A DNA stretch of 64,000 nt from Nocardioidaceae bacterium (GCA_035690905.1 DASSKA010000109.1:319-64318), one strand, 5' to 3'; positions 23,834 through 36,003 are shown, numbered from the stretch's first letter. Numbers and translations are program-made. The notes: generated by a model from the sequence alone, not told the origin.

Positions 23834-26182
23834 TCAGGTCAGCGTCCCGAACCAGGCGTTCGCGCGCCGCCCGGCAACGACGGCCCTCTCCCACAGCACT
23901 CCGGCAGCCAGCAGCGCCGCGGCGCCGACACCCATGGTGAGCCAGCCCGGCACGTAGCCGATCAGCGGCCCGCCCTGGGTGACGGCGACCACCACCAGGA
24001 CCGAGATGCCCGCGGTCACCGGGGCCTTCCAACGCCGTACCAGTCCGATGAGCAGCACCACCAGTGCAACCGCGGTCGCGGCCGCGAGCCGGAACGAGTC
24101 GCCGTCGTGGAGCGCGACCAGCAGCGAGGGACCCAACGCCACCGACAACGCGGGACCCGCGGTGAGCAGTGTGGGCCGGGACCGGTCGCGGTGCCACTGC
24201 ACCACCCCGATCCCGGCCAGCAGGAAAGTCAGCGGCACGGTGTAGGCCTCGACCACGTCCACCCCGGCGTTGTTCAACAGGTTGGTGGTACCCGCCGAGA
24301 TGACAAGCGAGCCGACATAGGCGAACGGCAGCCGATGGGGAGCAGCCGCGTACCCCAGCGTGAGGACACCGACCACGAAGAGCGCCAGGGACAGGTGACC
24401 GGTGCTCAGGTCCAGCCCCGCCAGCGCCGCGTCGGTGCCGTAGACGGCGCCGAAGATCACGGCGGACAGCTCGACCCCCGACCAGAACGGGTGCGCCCGG
24501 TTCGCGGCGACCGCAGCCAGCGTCGCGTTGCCGGCGAACGCCACCAGCAGGACCGCCATCTGCACGCCCGGGCCGGCGTCCGTCACCGCGCGGCCCACCG
24601 CCAGCAGCACCGCCGCCTGGGTCGCCCAGGCCCACGCAGACTGCCGCAGCCGAATCGCGGCCACCGCCGACGGGACCACCCACGCCACCGCGGGCAGCAC
24701 CACGAGAGGCATCGGGACGCTCGCGTGTGCCACGTCGTTCTGGGCGACCGTCCGCAACGTCGTCTGCCCGGTGGCGTCGAGCAGCAGCACCGCGAACGCC
24801 AGCAGCGGCTGGGCCACCGAGCCGGCCACCGTGAGCACCCGCGACCACGCAGCCGGCACCGGCGACGTGACGTTGACCAGCCCGAGTCGAACCCACGTCA
24901 ATCCGACAGCGACAGCGCCCGCCGCGGCGATCAGCACGAGGCTGGAGGCGTCCAGCACCGGGATGACCAGCACTGGGGCGATCCAGGTGACGGCGACCGC
25001 CGGCAGCCAGCTCCGCACCGAAGCCGCCGTCGGGACCCACCGGTCGACCACCCGTGCGCTGCACGACGCGATCAGCGCCGGGACGAGGATGAGCAGCCCG
25101 AACGCGGCGTAGCGATCCCCCGTCGTGTGGACAGGGCTGTAGCCCACCCGCAGGCCGGCTAGGACGTGGGCGGCGACGGCGAGCGTTCCGGACCCGAGGA
25201 GAATCAGTGCGGTCAGGGGGACACGTGCCACCCAGCGATCCAGCGCCGACACGTCGGAGGCCGGCGGAGGAGGAGCGGCCCCGGCGGTCGCCGGCGCGCG
25301 GTCCCACCGGAGCGCGGCAGCCCCGAGAGCCACGTCGACGACGGCCACGAGCATCAGCCCGGCGACGAGGCGGGCGCCGTCGACCCGTGCCGCCAGCAGG
25401 GCGAGCCAAGGCGCTGCCGCAAGCAGGACGGCCGCCGCGGGTCGGTAGCTGACGATGCGCCGAAGCAGGGTTCCGGCGCTTTCCCGGGGGACCAGGAGGT
25501 CGCAGCCGATCACCAAGAACCCGGCCAGCAGCGACGCGAAGGCCCAGTACCGCGCAAGCGGCACGTCGCCGAGACCGGCCAGATCCAGTCCGTGCGCTGC
25601 GCCGAGGTCGACCAGGATCAGCCCGGTGGCGATCAGGGCGGCGGTCTCCGCGGCAGCGGGCAGGGAACGCTTGTTTGCGAGTGCGGCACCGGCGGCCGCC
25701 GCGGCGGTCAACGCGGCCATGATCGCGGCCTGACCCGCCAGACCGACGACCTGCCAGATCACCACCAGGAAGGCGGCGGCAGCGGACAGCAGCAGCAGAG
25801 CGCCGAGGCCGAGCAGGACCTGCTGGGCGGAGAACGACTGTCTTGTGTGCTGCGTGGCGTCGACGTGCGGGCCGGAGGTCGCCGGCGCCGGTCGTGCCGT
25901 GGCGGCTTGCGGCGGAGCGAGCAGGTCGGTGATGAGCGCCTGGGACTCGGCCGTCAGGGCGGCGATCTGCTGCTGGACCTGCCACAGCCTCACCGCCTGC
26001 GGACCGCGCAGCCGCATCCGGCAGCCGGGACAGTGCTCGAGGCCCGGGGCCAGCGCGGCCCCGCAGTTGGGGCACGAGTACGGGTCGGGTGACGCCACAG
26101 CCCAGAAGGTAGCGGCGAATCGCCGTGGGAGGGGGGAGATCGCGCAAGCCGTGCCAACCGCCACGCCCGTGCTACTTGACAT
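23834..26182 (-). CDS. Zinc-ribbon plus coiled-coil plus large polytopic membrane protein (SCO7613-like architecture), function unknown
   Basis: CPNCGAAL..N7..CPGC ribbon, then a short helical/Gln-rich linker, then about 650 aa of Ala/Leu/Val-rich predicted TM helices. Start is ATG 26182 or GTG 26098. The rest of the 1435-aa track ORF overlaps uvrA out of frame and was rejected. Confidence 0.6.
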   Translation of the reverse strand: MSSSTGVAVGTACAISPLPRRFAATFWAVASPDPYSCPNCGAALAPGLEHCPGCRMRLRGPQAVRLWQVQQQIAALTAESQALITDLLAPPQAATARPAPATSGPHVDATQHTRQSFSAQQVLLGLGALLLLSAAAAFLVVIWQVVGLAGQAAIMAALTAAAAAGAALANKRSLPAAAETAALIATGLILVDLGAAHGLDLAGLGDVPLARYWAFASLLAGFLVIGCDLLVPRESAGTLLRRIVSYRPAAAVLLAAAPWLALLAARVDGARLVAGLMLVAVVDVALGAAALRWDRAPATAGAAPPPPASDVSALDRWVARVPLTALILLGSGTLAVAAHVLAGLRVGYSPVHTTGDRYAAFGLLILVPALIASCSARVVDRWVPTAASVRSWLPAVAVTWIAPVLVIPVLDASSLVLIAAAGAVAVGLTWVRLGLVNVTSPVPAAWSRVLTVAGSVAQPLLAFAVLLLDATGQTTLRTVAQNDVAHASVPMPLVVLPAVAWVVPSAVAAIRLRQSAWAWATQAAVLLAVGRAVTDAGPGVQMAVLLVAFAGNATLAAVAANRAHPFWSGVELSAVIFGAVYGTDAALAGLDLSTGHLSLALFVVGVLTLGYAAAPHRLPFAYVGSLVISAGTTNLLNNAGVDVVEAYTVPLTFLLAGIGVVQWHRDRSRPTLLTAGPALSVALGPSLLVALHDGDSFRLAAATAVALVVLLIGLVRRWKAPVTAGISVLVVVAVTQGGPLIGYVPGWLTMGVGAAALLAAGVLWERAVVAGRRANAWFGTLT

Positions 26183-26244
26183 AATGTCGCTTATCGGCGA
26201 TTGGCGGAACAGTGCTCGTGGGGCCGGTTCGGATGTCCGCTCGG

Positions 26245-28653
<2,409 letters not shown>

Positions 28654-28662
28654 CTTACCCAG

Positions 28663-29073
28663 TCAGCCGACCTGGTTGATCCGGATCAGGTTGCCGGCGG
28701 GGTCCCGGAACGCGCAGTCGCGCACGCCGTACGGCTGATCGGTCGGCTCCTGGACGACCTCCGCGCCCGAGGCCTGCACCTGGTCGAACGTGCCGTCCAC
28801 GTCGGTGGTGGCCAGGTTGATGATGGCGAAGGTGCCCTTGGCCATCATCTCGGCGATCGTCCGGCGCTCGTCGTCGGTGATGCCGGGCGTGGCCGCCGGC
28901 GGGTACAGGACGATCGACGTTTGCGGCTGGTCCGGCGGGCCCACCGTGATCCAGTGCATCCCGCCGTACTCCACGTCGCTGCGCACCTCGAAGCCCAAGG
29001 TGTCGCGGTAGAAGGCCAGCGCGGCCTGCGGGTCTTCGTGCGGCAGCATGGCCGAGTGAATGGAGATGTTCAT
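28663..29073 (-). CDS. VOC (glyoxalase / bleomycin-resistance / dioxygenase) family protein
   Basis: 136 aa. The beta-alpha-beta-beta-beta VOC pattern ends with FRDPAGNLIRI. Confidence 0.8.
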   Translation of the reverse strand: MNISIHSAMLPHEDPQAALAFYRDTLGFEVRSDVEYGGMHWITVGPPDQPQTSIVLYPPAATPGITDDERRTIAEMMAKGTFAIINLATTDVDGTFDQVQASGAEVVQEPTDQPYGVRDCAFRDPAGNLIRINQVG

Positions 29074-29077
29074 GCGG

Positions 29078-29548
<471 letters not shown>

Positions 29549-29626
29549 ACGCTACTGCCATGCCCCGACAACCGAGAACCCTTGCCGGGCGTCCAACGGT
29601 CGACCGACCTCGAGGAGAAGCCGACC

Positions 29627-30022
29627 ATGCGCAACATCCTTACCTCATTGGCGCTGATCCTGGCAGCTACGGGCTGTGCGACCACGAGCTCCTCTGGTGA
29701 GGCGTCCTGCGCCTTCCTGATGCTGTTCCACGGCCGCACCTACGTGGGTATCCCCACCGCCAGCCGCGTGACCGGTGAGCGTCCGCTCGGTTCGGTGCAC
29801 CGACCGACCTGCTTCGACCACAACCACGTCACCGCCGACGAGCGCGCCGCCGAACGTGCCGCGACGCGAGCTCGGCACCCCGCCTGGACGCTTCCCGGGA
29901 TCGACCCCAGGCTGGCGTTTGCCATTCCCTCGGAGTTCCCGCGGGTGGTCTTCTACTCCCACCTGGGTAGCTTCCGGCCGCATGACCTGCCGCCGGCGCT
30001 TCGACGCATCGTCACCCGCTGA
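29627..30022 (+). CDS. Putative lipoprotein, function unknown
   Basis: ATG at 29627 follows the RBS GAGGAGAAG. Signal peptide with a lipobox (LILAATGC). Confidence 0.6.
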   Translation: MRNILTSLALILAATGCATTSSSGEASCAFLMLFHGRTYVGIPTASRVTGERPLGSVHRPTCFDHNHVTADERAAERAATRARHPAWTLPGIDPRLAFAIPSEFPRVVFYSHLGSFRPHDLPPALRRIVTR

Positions 30023-30175
30023 TTGCGGAAAGCCGCATCTGGTCCGGGTCCCGTCTCGGGACGTACAGTGTATTTCGTGGCCTTCTCGGAGCGGCCGTCA
30101 CCAGAACCACGGGGTTCCTCTGATCACGCCCCGAGACCCGGCCGGCACGCGAAGAGCCACTGGAGGAGCGGCACC

Positions 30176-30838
30176 ATGGTCGCGGCCGTGGTCGCCGTGG
30201 TAGTGGTTCTGTCCGGCCTCGGCGTCCTGCTGGCCAACCAGACCAACAAGCCGTGGCCGCCCACCGGCCAGGTGCCGGCGGCAGCGCACTCGGCAGGCCG
30301 GTCCGCCGGCCAGTCGGCCGCCAACGACGCGCCGACGGCAGCCCAGGCGCTGGCCGCCTGCCGCAGCGTCTGGGCGGCCCAGGACCACGCGCTGCAGGCC
30401 GCCCGGCGCTCGATGCGCCAGTGGCAGGTGCACGTGGGCGCCATGAACCAGCTGGTCTCGGGGCAGATCACCCTGGCCCAGGCCAGCACGTTCTGGGCCC
30501 GCACCCGCGTGGGAGCCATGCACCGGGTGAAGGTCTTCGAGCGGGCCGACCGGGCGCGGCGGTCCGTCCCCCAACAGTGCACGGTCCCGTCGGGCGCCAC
30601 CATGCCGACGGTGTCGGCCTGCCTGCGCGGGGTCCAGGTCCGCGATCAGATCCTTCAGGCCGCCGAGCGGGCGATCGCCACCTGGAAGGGGCACATCGCC
30701 GACATGGAGATGCTCCGGACCGGCAAGATGTCGCCGACCACCGCGAGCCAGATGTGGATCAAGAGCTGGCATCGAGGCCAGCATCAGATCGACGACTACC
30801 AGACCCTGCGTGAACAGGGCCGGGCGCAGCACTGCTGA
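30176..30838 (+). CDS. Hypothetical membrane-anchored (N-terminal TM) helical protein with conserved-looking Cys residues
   Basis: ATG at 30176 follows the RBS GGAGGAG. One N-terminal TM helix (MVAAVVAVVVVLSGLGVLLA), a Pro/Ala linker, then a helical region. I recognised no family. Confidence 0.5.
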   Translation: MVAAVVAVVVVLSGLGVLLANQTNKPWPPTGQVPAAAHSAGRSAGQSAANDAPTAAQALAACRSVWAAQDHALQAARRSMRQWQVHVGAMNQLVSGQITLAQASTFWARTRVGAMHRVKVFERADRARRSVPQQCTVPSGATMPTVSACLRGVQVRDQILQAAERAIATWKGHIADMEMLRTGKMSPTTASQMWIKSWHRGQHQIDDYQTLREQGRAQHC

Positions 30839-30841
30839 CGC

Positions 30842-31477
30842 TCAGCGCGCCAGGATCCGGGTGACCTCCACGATCGTCTCCGCCGTGTCGCGGTGATGCA
30901 CAGCGGCCCACCCCAGCTCACGCGCCGCAGCCACGTTGGTCATCACGTTGTCGACGAAGACCACCTCCTCCGGCCGCACTCCCAGCCGTTGCTCGGTCAG
31001 CCGGTAGATCCGCGGGTCCGGCTTGGCCAGCCCCACCTCGTGGGAGTAGACGATCTCGTCCACGAGGTCCTCGAACCCGTAGCGCCGCTGCTCCTCGCGG
31101 CGGGCGCCGTCCGCGGAGTTGCTCAAGATCGCCGTCTTGTACGACGGGCGCAGCGACGCGGCGAAATCCCGCAACGCGACATCGAGCTCCCCGCAGTAGG
31201 CGTCCCACAGCTCGGCCATCATCAGGTCCGCGTCGTCCGCGGACAGGCCGAGCGCCCCGGCGTACATCGCCCTCATCTGGGCCTCGGACACCTCGCCGAG
31301 CAGCATCGAACCGAGCGGGGAGTGCCGCGCCAACCCGGCCTCGAAGGCACCGGGAGCGAGGCCCATCCGGCCCTCCCACCGCCGTACCCAGATCTCCGGC
31401 CAGGCGTCGTCCTGGACCCGCTCGAGCACCCCGCCGATGTCGAAGACCACCGCCCGCGGCACCACCGTGGTAGGCAT
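30842..31477 (-). CDS. HAD family hydrolase (subfamily IA-like)
   Basis: VVFDIGGVL is motif I. ILSNS, a KPDPRIY lysine motif and VFVDN follow. Confidence 0.8.
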   Translation of the reverse strand: MPTTVVPRAVVFDIGGVLERVQDDAWPEIWVRRWEGRMGLAPGAFEAGLARHSPLGSMLLGEVSEAQMRAMYAGALGLSADDADLMMAELWDAYCGELDVALRDFAASLRPSYKTAILSNSADGARREEQRRYGFEDLVDEIVYSHEVGLAKPDPRIYRLTEQRLGVRPEEVVFVDNVMTNVAAARELGWAAVHHRDTAETIVEVTRILAR

Positions 31478-31605
31478 CCGCCCATCGTCGCAGACAGGGC
31501 ACGGCGCTCCGGCAGGCGGCCGGCCGGTCCCGGTACGGCGGGGAAGGCCCCGGTTGCGTACACTTTCGGTGGCATGTGACTTGAGCCGCGCGCCCTGCGT
31601 TGATT

Positions 31606-31623
31606 TATCTCATATTTGAGATA
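31606..31623. promoter_or_regulatory. Perfect inverted repeat TATCTCA-N4-TGAGATA in an AT-rich island (candidate operator for the adjacent XRE-HTH protein)
   Basis: Read directly from the sequence. It ends 11 nt before the ATG at 31635. A TACTCT (-10-like) element overlaps the right arm and there is no SD, so the mRNA may be leaderless. Confidence 0.55.
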
Positions 31624-31634
31624 CTCTTTACCTT

Positions 31635-33161
31635 ATGACGGAGGACTACCTGCGCCGGATCGGCAACCTGATCCGGGACGCCCGCAAGCACCGTGGCTGG
31701 ACCCAGCAGCAGCTCGCCGACGTGCTGGCCACCAGCCAGAGCGCGGTCAACCGCATCGAGCGCGGCCACCAGAACCTGAGCCTGGAGATGCTCGCCAGGA
31801 TCGGCGAGGCGCTCGACTCGGAGATCGTCGCGCTCGGCGCGGGCCCGACCCACCTCCGGGTCACCGGGCCGACCACGCTGTCGGGCCGCATCGACGTGAA
31901 GTCGTCGAAGAACGCCGGGGTCGCGCTGCTGTGCGCGTCGCTGCTCAACCGGGGGCGCACGACGCTGCGCCGGGTCGCCCGGATCGAGGAGGTGAACCGG
32001 CTTCTCGAGGTGCTCACCAGCATCGGCGTGCAGGCCCGCTGGCTCAACGACGACAACGACCTGGAGATCATCCCCCCGGCCGACCTGAACCTCGCGGCCA
32101 TCGACGAGGACGCCGCCCGTCGTACCCGCTCCATCATCTTGTTCCTCGGGCCGCTGATGCATCGCGAGGACGCCTTCGGTCTGCCCTATGCCGGCGGCTG
32201 CGACCTGGGCACCCGTACCGTCGAGCCGCACATGGCCGCGCTGCGGCCGTTCGGCCTGGAGGTCAAGGCCACCGAGGGCAGCTACCACGCCACCGTGAAC
32301 CGGGCGGTGCAGCCGACCCGGCCGATCGTGCTCACCGAGCGCGGCGACACGGTCACCGAGAACGCGCTGCTCGCTGCCGCCCGGCACGACGGCGTCACGA
32401 TCATCCGCAACGCGAGCCCCAACTACATGGTCCAGGACCTGTGCTTCTTCCTGCAGAAGCTCGGGGTTCGCATCGACGGCGTGGGCACCACCACGCTGAC
32501 CGTGCACGGTCAGCCCGAGATCGACGTGGACGTCGACTACGCGCCGTCGGAGGACCCGATCGAGGCGATGTCGCTGCTCGCCGCGGCGATCGTCACCCGC
32601 TCGGAGATCACCATCTGCCGAGTGCCCATCGAGTTCCTGGAGATCGAGCTGGCGCTGCTGGAGGAGATGGGCTTCGCCTACCACCGCGGGGAGGAGTACG
32701 TCGCGGCCAACGGCCAGACCCGGCTGGTGGACATCACCACCCTGGTCTCGGACCTGCACTCCCCCATCGACAAGATCCACCCGATGCCGTTCCCCGGCCT
32801 GAACATCGACAACCTGCCGTTCTTCGCGATCATCGCGGCCGTCGCGGAGGGGCAGACGCTCATCCACGACTGGGTCTACGAGAACCGGGCCATCTACCTC
32901 ACCGAGCTGAACAAGCTCGGCGCCCAGGTCAAGCTGCTCGACCCGCACCGGGTGATGGTCGAGGGCCCGACCCGCTGGCGCGGCGCGGAGCTGGTCTGCC
33001 CGCCGGCGCTGCGGCCCGCCGTGGTGATCCTGCTGGCCATGCTGGCCTGCAAGGGCACCTCGGTGCTCCGGTCGGTCTACGTCATCAACCGCGGCTACGA
33101 GGACCTGGCCACCCGGCTGAACTCGCTGGGCGCCAGTATCGAGACCTTCCGCGACATCTGA
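31635..33161 (+). CDS. XRE-family HTH domain fused to a MurA-like enolpyruvyl transferase (UDP-N-acetylglucosamine 1-carboxyvinyltransferase family)
   Basis: 508 aa. N-terminal Cro/C1 HTH (IRDARKHRGWTQQQLADVLATSQSAVNRIERGHQNLSLEMLARIGEAL). The following ~430 aa resemble MurA: KSSKNAGVALLCASLL, GGCDLGTRTVEPH (Cys loop), FPGLNIDNLPFF and NRGYEDLATRLNSLGASIE. Confidence 0.85.
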   Translation: MTEDYLRRIGNLIRDARKHRGWTQQQLADVLATSQSAVNRIERGHQNLSLEMLARIGEALDSEIVALGAGPTHLRVTGPTTLSGRIDVKSSKNAGVALLCASLLNRGRTTLRRVARIEEVNRLLEVLTSIGVQARWLNDDNDLEIIPPADLNLAAIDEDAARRTRSIILFLGPLMHREDAFGLPYAGGCDLGTRTVEPHMAALRPFGLEVKATEGSYHATVNRAVQPTRPIVLTERGDTVTENALLAAARHDGVTIIRNASPNYMVQDLCFFLQKLGVRIDGVGTTTLTVHGQPEIDVDVDYAPSEDPIEAMSLLAAAIVTRSEITICRVPIEFLEIELALLEEMGFAYHRGEEYVAANGQTRLVDITTLVSDLHSPIDKIHPMPFPGLNIDNLPFFAIIAAVAEGQTLIHDWVYENRAIYLTELNKLGAQVKLLDPHRVMVEGPTRWRGAELVCPPALRPAVVILLAMLACKGTSVLRSVYVINRGYEDLATRLNSLGASIETFRDI

Positions 33162-33170
33162 TCCGGCGGC

Positions 33171-34622
33171 TCAGTACCCGGTCGGCCGGGACGCCGTCAA
33201 CAGCCAGTCCTTGAACAGCTTGTGCAGGTCCTGACCGGAGATCCGCTCCGACAGTGCGATGAACTGACGGGTCGAGGCGCCACCGTGCCGGTGCTCCCGG
33301 GCCCAGGTCCGCAGGATCCGGAAGAAGTCCCGGCTGCCCACCCGCTCGCGCAGCGCCTGCAAGGTCATCGACCCGCGCTCGTAGACCGGCGCGCCGAACA
33401 GGTCCGCCGGGTCGGTGAACGACGCCGGCGCCGGGGACCACAGCTTCGCCTTCGGCCCGTTCTTGCGGTACAGCCGGTGGAAGATCGTCGACGGGCTCGG
33501 GCCGCCGTGCGCGTCGCGCCACAGCCACTCCGCGTAGGTCGCGAACCCCTCGTTGAGCCAGATGTCCATCCAGTCGCGCAGCGTCACGGAGTCGCCGTAC
33601 CACTGGTGCGCCAGCTCGTGCACGAGCACGATGGCCGGGACGCGGCCGGGGAAGACCGGCCGGTCCTGGGTCTCCAGGGCGTACCCGACGTCGAGCTTGT
33701 GCGCGACGATGCCCACGCTGCGCATCGGGTAGGCGCCGAAGTGCCGCTCCTCGAACCGGATGATGCGGGGCAGCAGCCGCCGGGCACGCTGCTGGGAGGG
33801 CAGCGAGCGCTGCACGAACGACCAGACCGGCACCTGACGACCATCGACGGCCCGCATCGATGAACGGAAGACGCGGTAGCGGCCGAGGGACACCATCGCC
33901 AGGTAGCTGGCCATCGGGACCCGCTCGTGCCAGGTCCAGGTGACCACCCGCTCGTGCCGGATCCGCCGCGTCAGCAGCCCGTTGGCGACGACCGCGAGCC
34001 GGACGGGCGCGGTGACCTTGAAGGTGTAGCGCGCCTTGTCGCGCGGGGTGTTGTCGACCGGTATCCAGGTCATGGTCCCGACCGGTTCGCCGAGCGCTGT
34101 GGCACCGTCCGGTGTGCGGATCCACCCTTCCGACGACCCGTCGGGATCGGTGTGCCGGACGGGGTGGCCGCCGTAGGAGATCGACGCGGTGAAGACGCCT
34201 CGCACCGGGGTGGTCGGGGTGATGATCAGCTCGTGACCGTGCCGGGTGAAGTCGGCGCTGCGCCCGTCGACGTACACGGTCTGGACGCGCAGTCCGGACA
34301 GGTCCAGCGAGAACGACGACAGGCCGTGCTCGGCGCGAGCCCTGATCGTGGTGACCGCCTCGATGCGGTTGTGCTTCGGGCGGTAGCCCAGCACGACACG
34401 GTAGTGGCGCACGTCGTACCCGCCGTTGCCGGCGAAGGGGAACAACGAGTCCCCGGACCGGGTCGACCCGGGCACGGGGCCACCCGCTTGTCTGACCGCG
34501 CCTGCCGGGCCTCCCCCGGCACCGGTCAGGGTCAGCCCCAGGGCAAGCGCGGCCGCCACTCTCACGCCGCGGCCGGCCAGGGCTGAAGCAGTACGACGGA
34601 CGGAAGCCTGCGGTGCGGTCAT
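33171..34622 (-). CDS. Secreted M1 family metallopeptidase
   Basis: ATG at 34622 follows the RBS GAGGAGG. Signal-like N-terminus. [13 protein letters not shown]...WLNEGFATY zinc site. Confidence 0.85.
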   Translation of the reverse strand: MTAPQASVRRTASALAGRGVRVAAALALGLTLTGAGGGPAGAVRQAGGPVPGSTRSGDSLFPFAGNGGYDVRHYRVVLGYRPKHNRIEAVTTIRARAEHGLSSFSLDLSGLRVQTVYVDGRSADFTRHGHELIITPTTPVRGVFTASISYGGHPVRHTDPDGSSEGWIRTPDGATALGEPVGTMTWIPVDNTPRDKARYTFKVTAPVRLAVVANGLLTRRIRHERVVTWTWHERVPMASYLAMVSLGRYRVFRSSMRAVDGRQVPVWSFVQRSLPSQQRARRLLPRIIRFEERHFGAYPMRSVGIVAHKLDVGYALETQDRPVFPGRVPAIVLVHELAHQWYGDSVTLRDWMDIWLNEGFATYAEWLWRDAHGGPSPSTIFHRLYRKNGPKAKLWSPAPASFTDPADLFGAPVYERGSMTLQALRERVGSRDFFRILRTWAREHRHGGASTRQFIALSERISGQDLHKLFKDWLLTASRPTGY

Positions 34623-34725
34623 CGACCCTCCTCGGTGCGCGTGGCTCGAGCCCATCGTCTCTCCGCGGACCGCCCGTCGGCATGCCGCAAGCAGACTAGT
34701 AACCACCCCGGTTTGCCGATCCGTT

Positions 34726-34743
34726 TTAGGTATGCCTAACCTA
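34726..34743. promoter_or_regulatory. AT-rich overlapping palindromes TTAGG-N4-CCTAA / TAGGT-N7-ACCTA in the peptidase/ZIP divergent promoter region
   Basis: Read directly from the sequence. This is a locally AT-rich patch in an otherwise GC-rich intergenic region. The regulator is unknown. Confidence 0.3.
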
Positions 34744-34788
34744 TTCTCACCAAGGCGGACCACTCACGACTGCGAGAGAGCACCACCC

Positions 34789-35676
34789 ATGAGCCTGTCC
34801 ATGACCCTGCTGCTCGGCTTCATCGCCGGTGTCACCATCCTGCTCGGACTGCCGGTCGGCAGGCTGCGCAAGCCGGCGCCCTCCCTGCGGCTGCTGCTGA
34901 ACGCCATCGCGGTCGGCGTGCTGCTGTTCCTGGCCTGGGACGTGCTCTCCGAGGCGTGGGAGCCCATCGACGAGGCGCTCAGCTCCGTGCACGAGGGCCA
35001 CGGCGGGCTCGGGGCCGCGATCGGCTACGGCGTGCTGTTCATCGTCGGCATCGCGGTCGGCCTGTTCACGCTGGTCTGGTACGAGCGCTGGATGGGCAGG
35101 CAGATCGCCGCGAAGCCGGCAGGCGCCGCGTCCCGCCCGAACGGGCCCGGGGCGATGACGGTCGGCGAGGTGCACCCGCCGCGGGGCCTGGCCTCCTGGT
35201 CGTCGGCCAAGCGGCTCTCGCTGCTGATCGCCGTGGGCATCGGGCTGCACAACTTCGCCGAGGGGCTGGCCATCGGGCAGGCGGCCGCGGTCGGCCAGAT
35301 CGCGCTGGCGCTGATGCTGGTGATCGGCTTCGGGCTGCACAACGCCACCGAGGGCTTCGGCATCGTGGCCCCGCTGGCTGCCGACGTCGACGAGGACGGC
35401 CGGGCCCGCACCCCGAGCTGGCGGTTCCTGCTGACCCTCGGACTGATCGGCGGGGGCCCGACCTTCGTCGGCACCGTGATCGGCCACGGCTTCACCAACG
35501 AGGCGCTCAGTGTGGTGTTCCTGACCCTGGCCGCCGGGTCGATCCTCTACGTGATCACCCAGCTGGTCGGCGTGGCGGCGCGCGCCAAGCGTTCGGACCT
35601 GCTCGCCTACGGCATCGTGCTGGGCCTGCTCGCCGGCTTCCTCACCGACGCGATCGTCACCGCCGCGGGCGTCTAG
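34789..35676 (+). CDS. ZIP family metal (zinc/iron) transporter
   Basis: About 295 aa. Multiple TM helices and a duplicated GLHNFAEGLAIG / GLHNATEGFGI motif typical of ZIP/GufA-type permeases. Confidence 0.85.
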   Translation: MSLSMTLLLGFIAGVTILLGLPVGRLRKPAPSLRLLLNAIAVGVLLFLAWDVLSEAWEPIDEALSSVHEGHGGLGAAIGYGVLFIVGIAVGLFTLVWYERWMGRQIAAKPAGAASRPNGPGAMTVGEVHPPRGLASWSSAKRLSLLIAVGIGLHNFAEGLAIGQAAAVGQIALALMLVIGFGLHNATEGFGIVAPLAADVDEDGRARTPSWRFLLTLGLIGGGPTFVGTVIGHGFTNEALSVVFLTLAAGSILYVITQLVGVAARAKRSDLLAYGIVLGLLAGFLTDAIVTAAGV

Positions 35677-35930
35677 AACAGGGTCTCGATGTAGGACCGG
35701 GCGCGGGGCCGGCTGGGCGGCGGGGCGGTCATGTCGGCGGTGATCCGGGGCAGCGGGGCGGTCTTCGGGCCGCTGTGCGCGTGCCAGTCGACCTCCGCCT
35801 CCACCAGGTTGCCGAGCTCGGCACGGTCCAGGAACACCCCGTTGCAGGACGAGCACTGGGCCACCGAGACATCCCCCACGGACCTGGTTGTCATCGTCGA
35901 CTGGCATTTCGGGCAGGTCATCTCGTCCAT
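35673..35930 (-). CDS. TFIIB-type zinc-ribbon small protein
   Basis: MDEMTCPKC..N17..CSSCNGVFLD has four Cys, as in zf-TFIIB-like proteins. ATG at 35930. Its stop codon shares the CTAG tetranucleotide with the ZIP stop. Confidence 0.6.
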   Translation of the reverse strand: MDEMTCPKCQSTMTTRSVGDVSVAQCSSCNGVFLDRAELGNLVEAEVDWHAHSGPKTAPLPRITADMTAPPPSRPRARSYIETLF

Positions 35931-36003
35931 GGCCGAACGATACCCGGCGCGGCCAGGGCGCGAATGGCGGCTCCGCGGCACGGCTCGGTGAATACTTGCC
36001 GTC

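Noticed and set aside
34623-34788. A canonical Zur box upstream of the ZIP transporter.
   Set aside because: No sequence there resembles the A/T-rich TGAAAA...TTTTCA-type actinobacterial Zur palindrome as I remember it. Only a different palindrome (TTAGG..CCTAA) is present, so no Zur call is made.
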